From a virus: 64,000 bases of DNA. The stretch spans positions 8,139 through 72,138 of the IMG/VR virus record IMGVR_UViG_3300027740_000040. The stretch is one strand, 5' to 3'. Under the pieces are notes generated by a model. That model was not told where the DNA came from. It ran no database searches and saw nothing but the letters and a program-made list of their open reading frames with translations. Positions within the stretch are counted from its first letter, which is position 1, and each line of letters starts with the position of its first letter. This document shows, piece by piece, positions 24,479-34,794 of the stretch. A program made the position numbers and the translations under genes.

Positions 24479-25605
24479 TCCCAGATGCGCCCGCTGATGG
24501 CCTCGACGCTCGTGGCGTTGCCAAACGTGATGTAGGATCCGGTCCGGCGTAGTTCAACGGGCCCGCTGGCACCGTACCCGACCGGGATCTCCCAGGTAAC
24601 GCCAGCGTCTGGCGATAGCCAGATGTTGCCGTCCGTCGTAGCCGATCCTTCGGACCCGACGATCCATGTGGACCCGTAGACTACGACGCTACGGGCGTAG
24701 GCGGTGTCTGATAGGTCGAGCCCGTAGTTCGGGATCGACGCCCCGGACACCGCCCAGGTTCCGGCGACCGGGTCTGCCACGTACCATACCCGGGTTGCGT
24801 CGCCAATGAACGTGCCGCCGTCGAAGGTTGCCAGCCAAACGCCCCGACTGTCGTCGTAGGCCAGCCCGGTCACCGTGTAGGACGAATCGCCGCCGATGGC
24901 CTTCGCCGCCACGGTAGTCCAGCTACCGCCGCCGTTCGAGGAATAGGCCCAGTCGTCCGATGCATAGGGGGCCGCCAGGACGTACTGCCCGGTAACGTCG
25001 CAAGCGATTAGCCGGAAGTCATAACCAGACGTGTACTCCGTCGCCCACGTCACCCCTCCAGCACTGCTCTCGATTTCTCCGTCTCCGGTAGCGAGGAAGA
25101 AGTTGGAATAAGGCGACCAGAGAATGTCACGAGCCGTCGTGATCCCCGTGAAGGCGTAGCGGCCACCGGATCCGTGATGCTGCGTGAATACGTATGCATA
25201 CCCTCCACTCGCGAATACGGCATAGTTGGCTCCGTCGTATGCACCACGGACCAGCGGGGTCAGCGTGGGAGCTCCAGCAAGCGCAACCCCCTGTTGATAT
25301 GCTAGTCCATACCCCGATCCTGGGGTGCCGATTGCGCTCGGATATCCGAGGCCGACGCGCGCGAACGTGGTAGCTCCCACGAGCACGATCTGCCCAGCTC
25401 TATCATGTACCACCGCCCCGAATACCGTCGACGGATCCGCTACCGGGAGCATCCGCAGTTGCAGGGCATTCCGGAGATGCGTGAATTCCTGGCGGTCGGC
25501 GTGCGTCTGAAGCACGGTTGCCATGTTGGCGTGGCTGACCAGGTCGGCTCCAGCCGGAGTGATGGCGTTCACCCATTGGGGTGCGGCGACTAGATTGGTA
25601 GGCAT
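24475..25605 (-). CDS. tail protein with Asp-box (BNR) beta-propeller
   Basis: S-xGGxTW, SNGGGSW and SPDAGVTW repeats. Confidence 0.65.
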   Translation of the reverse strand: MPTNLVAAPQWVNAITPAGADLVSHANMATVLQTHADRQEFTHLRNALQLRMLPVADPSTVFGAVVHDRAGQIVLVGATTFARVGLGYPSAIGTPGSGYGLAYQQGVALAGAPTLTPLVRGAYDGANYAVFASGGYAYVFTQHHGSGGRYAFTGITTARDILWSPYSNFFLATGDGEIESSAGGVTWATEYTSGYDFRLIACDVTGQYVLAAPYASDDWAYSSNGGGSWTTVAAKAIGGDSSYTVTGLAYDDSRGVWLATFDGGTFIGDATRVWYVADPVAGTWAVSGASIPNYGLDLSDTAYARSVVVYGSTWIVGSEGSATTDGNIWLSPDAGVTWEIPVGYGASGPVELRRTGSYITFGNATSVEAISGRIWD

Positions 25606-25606
25606 T

Positions 25607-26245
25607 TCAGAATCCGTCCCCTGACGTGATGGTTAGCGCCGTCGAATCTCCCCACGTTATCCCGGCAGTCTCGAATGAGTGCCAGTCAGTCAATGGGTCG
25701 TGGTAGTCCCATAGGTACCCGCTCAAAATGAAGGTCACCGATCCGCAGGTCCACTGCGCCGGCTTCCACTTCTTGATCAAGGCGATGATCGCTGCCTGGT
25801 CCTCCGCCGGAATGGATCCGGAGTAGGAGTGGGCCCCGATCGGTATGATGACCCAGAACCTAGACCACCAATCCGAGTGAGCCGGCTCCCCGAGCTCGAT
25901 CGCCGAGATTACCGAGGCGTCCAGGAATCCGAAGGCTTCGAGTTGCCCTGTGATGGCCTGCGCGCTGCCGGCGTACCGGTAGGCGATCCATGCGTTCAGC
26001 AGCCGAGCCCTGTACTCGGCGTCCGTCTCTACGGAGTACCTGGGCATCCGGCGTTCAGCGCCGGCAGGAATCAGAGCATCATTTGGGCTGTCCTCGTGAC
26101 CAAGCCACGGTGCCCGCAACGCAACTCGCCCAGCCTGAGCGCTGGCGTCTGCCTCGATGCCGACAGCGGTGGTCCACTTCTGACCCCATCCGTCGCGCTG
26201 CCACGGGGCAGCGATGATGTGCAGCAGATCGCGGAAGCGAAACAT
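25607..26245 (-). CDS. baseplate wedge protein (P2 gpI / Mu gp48-like)
   Basis: ETDAEYRARL...I..WKPA; follows the baseplate J gene. Confidence 0.7.
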   Translation of the reverse strand: MFRFRDLLHIIAAPWQRDGWGQKWTTAVGIEADASAQAGRVALRAPWLGHEDSPNDALIPAGAERRMPRYSVETDAEYRARLLNAWIAYRYAGSAQAITGQLEAFGFLDASVISAIELGEPAHSDWWSRFWVIIPIGAHSYSGSIPAEDQAAIIALIKKWKPAQWTCGSVTFILSGYLWDYHDPLTDWHSFETAGITWGDSTALTITSGDGF

Positions 26246-26247
26246 CG

Positions 26248-27378
26248 TCAGGCCGTGATCTGCGTGTACGTGATGGTCAGAACGCCGACGGTCGCGACCG
26301 AGTACGCGGCCACCGCTACGTCAGCCGCCGGAACGGTAAGCGTCAGCTTGCTCACCCCGGTGACGGCTCGAATGGCAGCCTCGAGTCCGTCACGGTCGAT
26401 GATCGCCGACGGCCCCGGGGTGTAGTCGTAGCCACCGATCGGAGCCGCATTGATGAACACGGCGATCGCTGCCTCCACCGCCGTCTGGATGGCACCCGCG
26501 GTGTATCCGGATGCGTAGTAGACGGTGCCCGTAACCGCTACCGCCTGCGCGGCGGCAGCCACCACCGTCGCTACTCCACCGAACGCCTCGGCGTTGATGG
26601 ACGTCTGCACCGTGGTCACGTTCGCCCCGCTGGCTACCCCGGTAGACGTCGCCAGGTAGACGTCCAGCGTTCCTGGGCCGTTCGGGTTCGTCGAATCGAC
26701 GGACACTCGGCAGTTGCTGAGCACCGTCCTGGCGACGTACTCGTACCGGTCAGCGATGGCCTCGACCACCGACAGCGTGGACCATTTGGCAGAATTCCTC
26801 AGTCGGAGCGCCGCGTCCGTCTCCTCGTCAACACCGGCCACCGCGAGCACTGTGTTGGTGATCGTCACCCCCGCGTATGGCGTCACCAGAGACGTGATGG
26901 TCCCCACCGATACGTTGCCGTCGGTGCCAGCCACCTCGGCGTCAAAACGAACTCCGGTGAGCGTCCCTCCAGCCGGAATAGTTCCGCCGGTCTTGTTGCG
27001 GAACGTGCGGGTTCCGTCGCTTGCCACTACCTCGTCGATCGCAATCGTGTATGGTGGCCCCACCGCTCCGCCCGTCAACGTGCAGGTGTGCTGCGCGCAG
27101 GTGGCCAGTATACGATCGTTATCGTAGTGGCTCGCCGAAAACGCGGTGAGTGAATCGCCCTCGCTGGTTTCGTTGAACGCGAGATAGGAGATGCCGGCGA
27201 CGTAGGAGCGGAGAGCGAAGTAGACGTACCCGCTCATCTGCACCATGGTCCGTTGAACGCTGCCGGACTGCCACGACGAGGCGGAGAACCCGAGCGTGTC
27301 CAGCAGGTCGATCAGCTCATCGGTCGCCGTCTCGGCCGTGAACTCCTCTCGGATCTGGGCGAGTGTGAGGCTAGGCAC
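26248..27378 (-). CDS. baseplate J / Mu gp47-like protein
   Basis: AEVAGTDGNV..G-IT...GV-TN..GVDEETDAALRLR. Confidence 0.9.
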   Translation of the reverse strand: MPSLTLAQIREEFTAETATDELIDLLDTLGFSASSWQSGSVQRTMVQMSGYVYFALRSYVAGISYLAFNETSEGDSLTAFSASHYDNDRILATCAQHTCTLTGGAVGPPYTIAIDEVVASDGTRTFRNKTGGTIPAGGTLTGVRFDAEVAGTDGNVSVGTITSLVTPYAGVTITNTVLAVAGVDEETDAALRLRNSAKWSTLSVVEAIADRYEYVARTVLSNCRVSVDSTNPNGPGTLDVYLATSTGVASGANVTTVQTSINAEAFGGVATVVAAAAQAVAVTGTVYYASGYTAGAIQTAVEAAIAVFINAAPIGGYDYTPGPSAIIDRDGLEAAIRAVTGVSKLTLTVPAADVAVAAYSVATVGVLTITYTQITA

Positions 27379-27766
27379 TGAACGTGACTCCCTTCAGGAG
27401 CAGAGACGCCGTGAGCGCTCCGACGAGCATCGTGAACTCGAACGGGCCGTCGGCGGTCGTCAGTACGAAATCGATCGTGAGCGTGTTCTCGGTCTGGTCG
27501 AACTCGACGACTGCCGAGCACGTCTTGACTCGCTCGTCCTTGCGCGCCTCGGTGGAGATCGCAGAGGCGATCGTCTCTACCGGTGGAGCAGTCGAGCAGA
27601 GCCAGCGCTGGACCCCGTACCCGTAGTCTGGATCGTACCAGAGCGCTCCAGCCGGGCAGAGGATCCGACGCGCTACCGACTGCGCCACGCCGAGTTGGCC
27701 AGAAACTACGGACAGATCCGACGTGATGTCGTCAACGCACTGGAAGTCGGAGCCGAAGTCGGTCAT
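27371..27766 (-). CDS. baseplate wedge subunit (gp25 / Mu gp46-like)
   Basis: W-DPDYG-G...EARKDERV motif. Confidence 0.8.
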   Translation of the reverse strand: MTDFGSDFQCVDDITSDLSVVSGQLGVAQSVARRILCPAGALWYDPDYGYGVQRWLCSTAPPVETIASAISTEARKDERVKTCSAVVEFDQTENTLTIDFVLTTADGPFEFTMLVGALTASLLLKGVTFSA

Positions 27767-27775
27767 GGTTTCCGG

Positions 27776-28156
27776 ATGCGGAAGGTCGTGGTGGGGACGG
27801 CGGTCGCGGCGGTAGCAGCTGTCCTGCTAGGCAGTTGCGCGGGTCTGGTGTGTTTCGGGTCCGTCGGCGTCGCTCTGATGCCCGGGAATCCGATTGGCGC
27901 CGAGGTGGAGGAGTGGGACGCACGGAGAGTCGCGCCCGAGTTCCTGCGTCAAGTACTGGTGGCCCCGGCTACCGCTAGGTTCAGCGGAGTCGAGGCCGAG
28001 AGAGTCGGCGAAGATACCTACCTGGTGCGCGGAGTCGTCGATTCGCAGAACGCATTTGGCGCCATGGTGCGAGCCAGGTGGACCATGGTGATCGCGAAGA
28101 ACGGGTCGGGCAACTGGTACGTAAAGGAAACCCCGATCCTCGTGACGTCTCTCTAG
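27776..28156 (+). CDS. membrane/exported protein with VDSQNAFGAMVR motif (moron)
   Basis: N-terminal TM/signal; antisense to the baseplate genes. Confidence 0.75.
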   Translation: MRKVVVGTAVAAVAAVLLGSCAGLVCFGSVGVALMPGNPIGAEVEEWDARRVAPEFLRQVLVAPATARFSGVEAERVGEDTYLVRGVVDSQNAFGAMVRARWTMVIAKNGSGNWYVKETPILVTSL

Positions 28157-28632
28157 GTGATCGGGTAGACGACGGGCGGATTCGGTGGGATCGTCAGCGC
28201 CGCGGTGACGGTCAGGGTCGCCGTGTGGAGAACTGCCGCAATGCCGTTCGCAGCGATCGTTGTGGTGTTGGTCAGGACCGCTACCACAGCAGCGATGGCG
28301 GCACCGACGGCTGCGGCTCCGGGACATCCCGCGGTCGTGCCAGCGCCGCTACCTCCAGCCACCGCAACGCCAGTCCAGAACGTCGCCAGGCCAGAGGCCC
28401 ACGCGGTGCCAAACGTGGCGGGGGATCCCGCTGACGGCGTCTGGATGGCTGAGAGAATGGTAGCGGCAAGCGCCGCCTCGCCGGTAATGGCGGGAACAGA
28501 TGTGCCGAACATACCGGTAGCAGCGTAGTCGGCGTACGCGGCCGCCAGTCCGTCGGCCGCGACGCTGGCGCTACCCTGTGCGTCGAAGACGTCCTTGAGC
28601 GCGGACGCGAGCGCCGACTGGGAGAGGGCCAC
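28153..28632 (-). CDS. Ala-rich putative virion protein
   Basis: GTG start; position between spike and wedge genes. Confidence 0.6.
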   Translation of the reverse strand: MALSQSALASALKDVFDAQGSASVAADGLAAAYADYAATGMFGTSVPAITGEAALAATILSAIQTPSAGSPATFGTAWASGLATFWTGVAVAGGSGAGTTAGCPGAAAVGAAIAAVVAVLTNTTTIAANGIAAVLHTATLTVTAALTIPPNPPVVYPIT

Positions 28633-28635
28633 GGC

Positions 28636-29799
28636 TCACTCCGTCTTGAGCAACGTGCACGCCACCGAGCTGGGCGAGTAGGTCACCGAGTACGGGGTCG
28701 TAGTCCCGGTCGGTCCAACTCCGCTTGGGTGTACGTGCGCATTGTATGCGGTCTTCAGCAAATCGAACTCCGACTTGACGTCCTGGAGCTCCGTAAGCAC
28801 CTTGCCGGCCAGCGCCACGAAGTCTGCCACCGCGGTGCCGACCCGTAGCAGCGTAACGAGCGTCTCGTGATCCCACGCCACCACGCGCGGCCGCGACGGG
28901 TCACCGCCTGCAAAGGCCAGCAGGGCGCGGGAACCAGACGGCACCTCGACGTGCAGCCCCGGGAGCCCCGGGCAGATGATCGCTCCGTCGATACCGGTAC
29001 CCCTGATGTTGGCGTCATCCGGGATGATCTCGAGGGTGCTATCCGCCCGCTGGCTGACCACCCGAGCTGGCCAGAGCTGCGCCTGGTCTACTTCTCGGCG
29101 GACCATCTCCCGCTGGCGGTCAAACACCGCCGTGGGAGCCTGTGTCCACGCCTCGGTGACGGTCTTCCCCGAGTCTAGGTGGTGTACGACCTGCCGGATG
29201 TGCTCGCCGTCGTAGGTGGTGCCTGGCTGCACCAGGATGCCGTCCCGCAGCAGATAGAGCCCACGCGCCGAGTCGGCCTCGGTAAGGATCGGGGATCCGC
29301 CGGACGCTGGCCACTGGTCGATCCCGATCCAGAGCAGCCCGTCACGCTGAATCCGCCAGGACACCCCGGCCTTGGTCGCCATTGCCTCCATGGCGCGCTT
29401 CGCCGGACCCGCCGCCCTAGACCACGTCGGAACCTGTATTGCGCTCAGAAGGCCCACGGAAGCCGTGGCTAGAGTCTCACCGGTGGCAGTCAGAAGGTCG
29501 GCCAGGACCGTGCCCAGCGAGGCCCCCCGGTACGATTTGGCATCCAGCAGTACGGCGGTGGTGTCATCGGTCGCCAGTGCCCCGGCTCCACCGACGATCA
29601 GGGCATTGACCCTGCCGGCCTCAACCGAGCTCCGTCCAACGGTTCCCAACCATTCCTCACCGTCCAGGTTGATGACCACCCGCCCTGACAGAGCCGCGTT
29701 GTGATCTGCCGTCACCTCCGCACGCCAGGCCCCGATCTCGGGCTCGGTGATGTCTGCCGACAGCAGAGTCCGGCCGTCGACCGTGTTGGGTGCTGCCAC
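28636..29799 (-). CDS. baseplate hub/spike protein (Mu gp44/gp45 or P2 gpD/gpV-like)
   Basis: Hub-like N-terminus; OB-fold spike region VPSGSRALLAFAGGDPSRP; C-terminal HVH metal motif. Confidence 0.75.
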   Translation of the reverse strand: MAAPNTVDGRTLLSADITEPEIGAWRAEVTADHNAALSGRVVINLDGEEWLGTVGRSSVEAGRVNALIVGGAGALATDDTTAVLLDAKSYRGASLGTVLADLLTATGETLATASVGLLSAIQVPTWSRAAGPAKRAMEAMATKAGVSWRIQRDGLLWIGIDQWPASGGSPILTEADSARGLYLLRDGILVQPGTTYDGEHIRQVVHHLDSGKTVTEAWTQAPTAVFDRQREMVRREVDQAQLWPARVVSQRADSTLEIIPDDANIRGTGIDGAIICPGLPGLHVEVPSGSRALLAFAGGDPSRPRVVAWDHETLVTLLRVGTAVADFVALAGKVLTELQDVKSEFDLLKTAYNAHVHPSGVGPTGTTTPYSVTYSPSSVACTLLKTE

Positions 29800-29802
29800 G
29801 GA

Positions 29803-30387
29803 TCACGTCTCGTTTCCGGTGAACATCGACCCTATGTTGTTGAGCCAACCGCCAACCGTATCGCCGGCAGAACGAGCCGCGTCGGTAACGAGCGTCGGAG
29901 ACTGCGGCATCTGCACTACTGGAGGGGTCCCGCCACTGGCACCGGCGGCAGCCACCACCGGACGTACCGCCGTTGCCCAATCGAACGCCGTGATCTCGAC
30001 CACCATCACCTGGTTCTCGGGTGGCCTCATGTGCAACTTCTCGACGTAGACGGCCGTGATTCCGAGTGCCGCTGTCAGTGGGTGAATGATCTCCAATGGC
30101 GTGCGCTCGCTGCCCGCCTTCTTCGGCCATAGGGTGGGCAAGATCTCCTGCCACTGGTCCCACTGCTCTTGCGTGTAGACCTCGGTGCGGATCGTCACCG
30201 GAGCAAGTTCATCGCCCTGGTCGGTGACGGTGGTGCCGTCGCTACCCTTGGCCTTCTTCTTCTCGACCGAGCGCGAGAACGGAGCATCGACGACCGACAC
30301 CCCTGGCAGCAGGTAGCCTCCGAGCCAGACGAAGTTCCAGGCCTCGTCGTTGAGGCCGGCTGTGCCATCCCAGAATGGTTGCGGCAT
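29803..30387 (-). CDS. tail tube initiator-like protein
   Basis: Immediately downstream of tape measure. Confidence 0.6.
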   Translation of the reverse strand: MPQPFWDGTAGLNDEAWNFVWLGGYLLPGVSVVDAPFSRSVEKKKAKGSDGTTVTDQGDELAPVTIRTEVYTQEQWDQWQEILPTLWPKKAGSERTPLEIIHPLTAALGITAVYVEKLHMRPPENQVMVVEITAFDWATAVRPVVAAAGASGGTPPVVQMPQSPTLVTDAARSAGDTVGGWLNNIGSMFTGNET

Positions 30388-30390
30388 GGT

Positions 30391-32127
30391 TCAAAGCCCT
30401 CCCATGCTGCGAATCACGGACTGCGTCTCGCGGCGCACGTTTCCGGCTAGCTGCGGCCAGAGTTGCTCGGCGGTCTGGCCCACGACCGCGCTGAACTGCT
30501 GCGTGATGCTGACCTGGCCTCCTCCACCACCCTGACTCGATGTGGTAGGAGGAGCCATCGACGCCCCTAGCAACGATGACAGTGATGGAAGCTGGAACCC
30601 ACCGAGAGGTGACCATCCTCCGCCCGCTCCGGTGTCCTGCGCACCAGCACCGGCGAGCAGCCCGCCACCGCCGAGTGACGGCATCAACGATCCAATGTCC
30701 GGGGTCAACATGGCGCGGATCGAGGACTGGACGGCTCCAAAGCTGGCGGAGAAGACGCCAAGAATCCCGTCGGTGAACGCCGTCGCCAGGTTGGCTCCCA
30801 GTAAACCTCCATTCAAGGCCCGGAACCCGTCACCCAGGCTCCAAACCCACGTCACCGCCCTCGAGATGTACTCGGCGAGCTTGGCCAGGTATGGCAGCAC
30901 CGTCGCCGCGCCCGTAACGATGAATCCGAAACTCATCCCCATGATGCGGGCGAAGTCGCGGAACGCTGGTGAGTCCAGCACCTTGGCCAGGCTCTCGATC
31001 GAATCCACAGCCCCGGGTCCCGTCACTCCCATGACCTCGCCAAGCCCTCCGGCGAACGCGAATATGAGCTTCGTGATCGATGACACGATCGGCGCTGCCG
31101 CGCTGAAGATATCGGCGATCATGTACTTGGCGGCTTGGAAATCTCCGGACTGTAGAGCATCGGAGATCGAAGCTACCGACTGCGAGATTTCCTTGAACGC
31201 CGGAGCCGCCGCTTTGGCGATGTCGTCGAGCGCGTTGGACCACAGAGACTTCGTGCGCTCGGCCGCGCCTGCCAACGTAGAGGCCAGGAACTCTTCCCGC
31301 GCTGCGCCGGCAGGACCTCCGCCCGCCATCTCAGCCATGGCCATGTCGATGGCCTTGAGCGCCACCTCGGAGTTGATCTTCCCGCCTTGCAGAACGAGCT
31401 TCGCCGCCTCCTCATTCGACTTGCCGAGGATCTTAGCGATCTGGGTGATGACCTGAGCTTTGCCGACCCCGGCCTCGGCCAGCTGATTGAGCTCATCGCC
31501 CTGGAGCATCCCGGCGCTCTTGATCTGTCCGATCGCTATTACGGCGCGCTTCCGTTGCTCCTCGCCGATACCCACCGCGCTCAGGTCTTGCATCCGCTTG
31601 AACATGTGCTCGGATTCATCGGCATTGAATCCCGCGCGCATGAATGCTGCGATTCCCTCGAACGAGTCTTCGATCGTCGTTCCGGTGGCTAGCGAGATCG
31701 CCTTCAGGCGCTCCATGCTCATGGCGCCGTTGGCCGACAGCTTCGACAGCGCCAGCGTGGCCCGCTCGCGTAGTATTCCCGCGCTCAGAACCGACTTCGT
31801 GAACGCCGCTGTCATTGCCAGCAGGCCAGCGGTGATGGCCGCAATGCCTCCCAGGATGGCCGGACCTGCCAGCGACATCAGGCTCGAGAAAGCGTTCTTT
31901 CCGAACTCGCCAACCGCGTTGGCGAACCCGCCGAGCCGGCCCTTGACCGACTGGAGCATGGATCCGAAACGCGAAACGGGCCCGGTGGCGAACACGCCAC
32001 CGAGCCCGGATGCGCGCGCGAGACGATTCATGGTGTGCAGCAGATGCTCGGCAGCATTGCCGGCACGCTTCGAGGGGCCCGAGAACTTGTCATCGAACCC
32101 GACCTCAAGTTCTACCCGCTCGCCCAT
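30391..32127 (-). CDS. tape measure protein
   Basis: Ala/Gly-rich helical; QIKSAGMLQGDELNQLAEAG tape-measure motif. Confidence 0.9.
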   Translation of the reverse strand: MGERVELEVGFDDKFSGPSKRAGNAAEHLLHTMNRLARASGLGGVFATGPVSRFGSMLQSVKGRLGGFANAVGEFGKNAFSSLMSLAGPAILGGIAAITAGLLAMTAAFTKSVLSAGILRERATLALSKLSANGAMSMERLKAISLATGTTIEDSFEGIAAFMRAGFNADESEHMFKRMQDLSAVGIGEEQRKRAVIAIGQIKSAGMLQGDELNQLAEAGVGKAQVITQIAKILGKSNEEAAKLVLQGGKINSEVALKAIDMAMAEMAGGGPAGAAREEFLASTLAGAAERTKSLWSNALDDIAKAAAPAFKEISQSVASISDALQSGDFQAAKYMIADIFSAAAPIVSSITKLIFAFAGGLGEVMGVTGPGAVDSIESLAKVLDSPAFRDFARIMGMSFGFIVTGAATVLPYLAKLAEYISRAVTWVWSLGDGFRALNGGLLGANLATAFTDGILGVFSASFGAVQSSIRAMLTPDIGSLMPSLGGGGLLAGAGAQDTGAGGGWSPLGGFQLPSLSSLLGASMAPPTTSSQGGGGGQVSITQQFSAVVGQTAEQLWPQLAGNVRRETQSVIRSMGGL

Positions 32128-32348
32128 GATCTACCGTCTCCGCGTTCTTCGCTTTGGTTTCTGCGGCGGGACCGCCTTCGCGAAACTCCGCACCAGCGCC
32201 CGCACGTGATCCTGGAAGTCAGCCTCTAGCAGGCACCCAGTCCACGCGGCCTCGGGGTCGCCACCGCGTCTCACCACTTCCTCGTCACTCCCGCACCGGG
32301 CGGCGTACATGCAGTCGGCTGCATAGACGAGGTCTTGCCGCCCCCGCG

Positions 32349-32690
32349 TTAGTTTCCCAGCACCTCCTCGGCGCCTGCTCCAGAGAGCTCAATCGCCGCG
32401 TTGCCGATCGCCAACCACGTCCCGTGCTTGCGCTTGGCTTCGATCTCCGCCTCGAGTTCCGGCACCGTCGGGTAGACGACGCAGCAGCGCGCCAGTTCCT
32501 CGAGCGCGGACGGAAGATCTCCGTCCTTGCCCTTGACCCCCCGGGCCTTACGCTGGAACCGCGTCAGGTCCCCGCGCGTCGGCGGAACGACCACGACCGA
32601 CCCGAGGCCCCGCACCTTGATGTGTGCGATGTCGAGCCCGCCTTGCTTGGCTTCGATTTCTTCCAACTCCAGCTTGTTCAGTTCCTTCAT
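32349..32690 (-). CDS. tail assembly chaperone (G; extended GT form to 32131 by -1 frameshift)
   Basis: Between tube and tape measure; slippery GGGAAAC just before the stop. Confidence 0.85.
   Translation of the reverse strand: MKELNKLELEEIEAKQGGLDIAHIKVRGLGSVVVVPPTRGDLTRFQRKARGVKGKDGDLPSALEELARCCVVYPTVPELEAEIEAKRKHGTWLAIGNAAIELSGAGAEEVLGN
32352..32358 (-). other. programmed -1 ribosomal frameshift site G GGA AAC
   Basis: X XXY YYZ heptamer; -1 frame stays open for 74 codons to TAG at 32131-32133. Confidence 0.85.
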
Positions 32691-32716
32691 GGCTCTCCCC
32701 GTTGCTGTTCACGCGG

Positions 32717-33166
32717 TCACTGCGCCGCGTCGTTGAAGAAGCGCGTTCCGTTGTAGATGATGTCCCCGATGTCGATCGGCAACGTCGCCTCGAGTCCGTC
32801 GCTACCGGCTTCGTGAGAAACGTCGATGTCCATCAGGATGCAGCGCTCGAACGTGTCCGTCCGAGTCGGTTGGTCGTCAGTCCCGTAGGTGGCCGACACC
32901 TCGAACGTGGCGTCTCCTGGGGCCCCGGTTGGCGACACCGCCTTCAGGGCGTCGATGAAAGCGTCCAAGTCGTGCAGGTGGATGCGGATCGATCCGTCAG
33001 GATCGATGTAGCCGCGCGTCCGGTACTTCTTCTTCGGGCTGTTGTCGCGACCCTTGCCAATCTCGCGGTTGAGCTTGTACGAGATCGCCAGGATCGTGAT
33101 GTTCGTGGTCCCTACCCGAGCCCGGATGTCGGTGAAGTCGTAGGTTCGCTCGCTGATTTCAGCCAT
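32717..33166 (-). CDS. tail tube protein
   Basis: 149 aa directly after sheath. Confidence 0.8.
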   Translation of the reverse strand: MAEISERTYDFTDIRARVGTTNITILAISYKLNREIGKGRDNSPKKKYRTRGYIDPDGSIRIHLHDLDAFIDALKAVSPTGAPGDATFEVSATYGTDDQPTRTDTFERCILMDIDVSHEAGSDGLEATLPIDIGDIIYNGTRFFNDAAQ

Positions 33167-33182
33167 GTATCAGTCCTCCGAC

Positions 33183-34673
33183 TCACTCGGTTTCAGTTTC
33201 GGTGGCGGTAGCAGCCGGCGTCGTGACGGCCGTGAATCCGCCCGTGGTGGTGATGTACTTGGAGTATCCGCGCGGCCTCAGACCCCACTCGGTGACGATC
33301 TGCGACGTCGCCAAGACGTTCTGTGTGCGGCTCAGCCGGTAGTAATAACCCGGGTCCTCGCCATCGATCGAGACGTGGCCGATCGTCCCCTCGGCGTTGG
33401 GCGTGTGCATGATCGCCTTGATCTGCGCGTTGACGACTGCCTCGAACGCCGCCGCCTCGTCCTCGACCAACGTGCCGTTGCTCTTGACGGCCCAACTGCG
33501 GTTGAGCGCCAGGAGTTCCTGCGCGTGGATTACCCGGTGAGCCTCGGCGAAGATCCGAGCGTGGTGCCAGTCGGTGAAGTCGCTTCCGAGAGCCGACTTC
33601 ATGCGCCCGCCACTCAGGTAGTATCCGGTGGAACCGGGGACCGTGCGCGTCGTCGTGATACCCGAGTCGTCCAACCCGGGAGTGAAGTACTCGTCATGGC
33701 CAACCGGCACTCCATACTGGGTGCTCCAGCCGGCCGATGCCGTCAGCGGACCGCTGGCGACGCGCCCGAAGTGGGTTGAGATCTTCTCGGTCGCCGCCTT
33801 GATGGCTTCCTGCACGTAGGTCGGTAGCTTCGGCATCGCGCGCCCGACGACCGGGCAGGAGCTTGCCATCGTGATCCACGAGTAGCATGGCGAAACCCAG
33901 CGGTCGGTGGCGGTGAGCGTGGAGAGCGTCGTTGCTACGTTGTCGGCTCCCGCATCCATCATCCACGGGCGGTTCTTCGCCGGCTCCGGAAGGGCCCCGC
34001 GCCCGGTCGTTAGCGCGGCCATGATGGTGTTGGCGGCAGTCGCCGTCGCGTGCCTACCTGCCAGGATCCCGAAGTCCCAGGAGAGCTGAGACACCGTGGT
34101 GTTCAACGCCGTGAACGCCGCCGCGAGTTCAGTCCCAGTGTAGACCGGGTTCGTAGTCGTAGTGGTGTAGACGTCCCCGACAACGTAGGTGCCGACCGCC
34201 ATTGTGAACAAGACGCCGCTATTAGCGATCGTATACGTTGCAGCAGTCGCTACCGGCGGAGAGACAGTTCGCCCTCCGTCAAGCGAGTAGGTCATGCGAG
34301 ACGTTCCGATCGCCCCGCCTACCGTGATCGTGATCTGCACCTCGTAAGCGTCGAGCGGAACCGAGACATTGTTGGTGATATCAGGTCCAGAACCAGACTT
34401 CGTCATCGGGCTCGTGACCATCGCGCCGGCCGCAGATTGCGCGATCTTGACGAACCGCACCGGACCACCGCCGAAGTTCAGAACCGCTGCCGCGGCCTCG
34501 ACGGCGGGCCCGTACCCATAGGCAGTGACGAGGTCTGAAATCGAGTTGTATGACCCGACCGTGGCGGCGGTTCCAGAATTCGTGATGCCCATGACGAGTG
34601 CAATGGCGCTCGTCGGACTGGTCTTGGCGAGGCCAGGATCGCGGATGGTAGTCGAGAGATACGGCAGCGTCAT
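33183..34673 (-). CDS. contractile tail sheath protein (DUF2586-like)
   Basis: 496 aa; TTRTVPG..GYYLSGGRM..GSDF motif. Confidence 0.85.
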   Translation of the reverse strand: MTLPYLSTTIRDPGLAKTSPTSAIALVMGITNSGTAATVGSYNSISDLVTAYGYGPAVEAAAAVLNFGGGPVRFVKIAQSAAGAMVTSPMTKSGSGPDITNNVSVPLDAYEVQITITVGGAIGTSRMTYSLDGGRTVSPPVATAATYTIANSGVLFTMAVGTYVVGDVYTTTTTNPVYTGTELAAAFTALNTTVSQLSWDFGILAGRHATATAANTIMAALTTGRGALPEPAKNRPWMMDAGADNVATTLSTLTATDRWVSPCYSWITMASSCPVVGRAMPKLPTYVQEAIKAATEKISTHFGRVASGPLTASAGWSTQYGVPVGHDEYFTPGLDDSGITTTRTVPGSTGYYLSGGRMKSALGSDFTDWHHARIFAEAHRVIHAQELLALNRSWAVKSNGTLVEDEAAAFEAVVNAQIKAIMHTPNAEGTIGHVSIDGEDPGYYYRLSRTQNVLATSQIVTEWGLRPRGYSKYITTTGGFTAVTTPAATATETETE

Positions 34674-34794
34674 TGCATGTGCTCCGTGGGTCAGGGCGCG
34701 TCATGGCGCGCGTAGAGGCGGCCTTTTTTTCACGGCGGGGAGGACCGCGGGGAAGGCCGGGAAACCCCAGGCTGCGAGAGGAGAAGACGCAGCG

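Noticed and set aside
19631-25605. Diversity-generating retroelement or invertible tail-fibre switch
   Set aside because: No reverse transcriptase, invertase, template/variable repeat pair or long inverted repeats seen.
34674-34794. Terminator or ncRNA between the collar-like gene and sheath (T8 run, GCTGCG/CGCAGC stem)
   Set aside because: The T run is on the wrong strand for the operon and not preceded by a convincing stem; no function can be supported.
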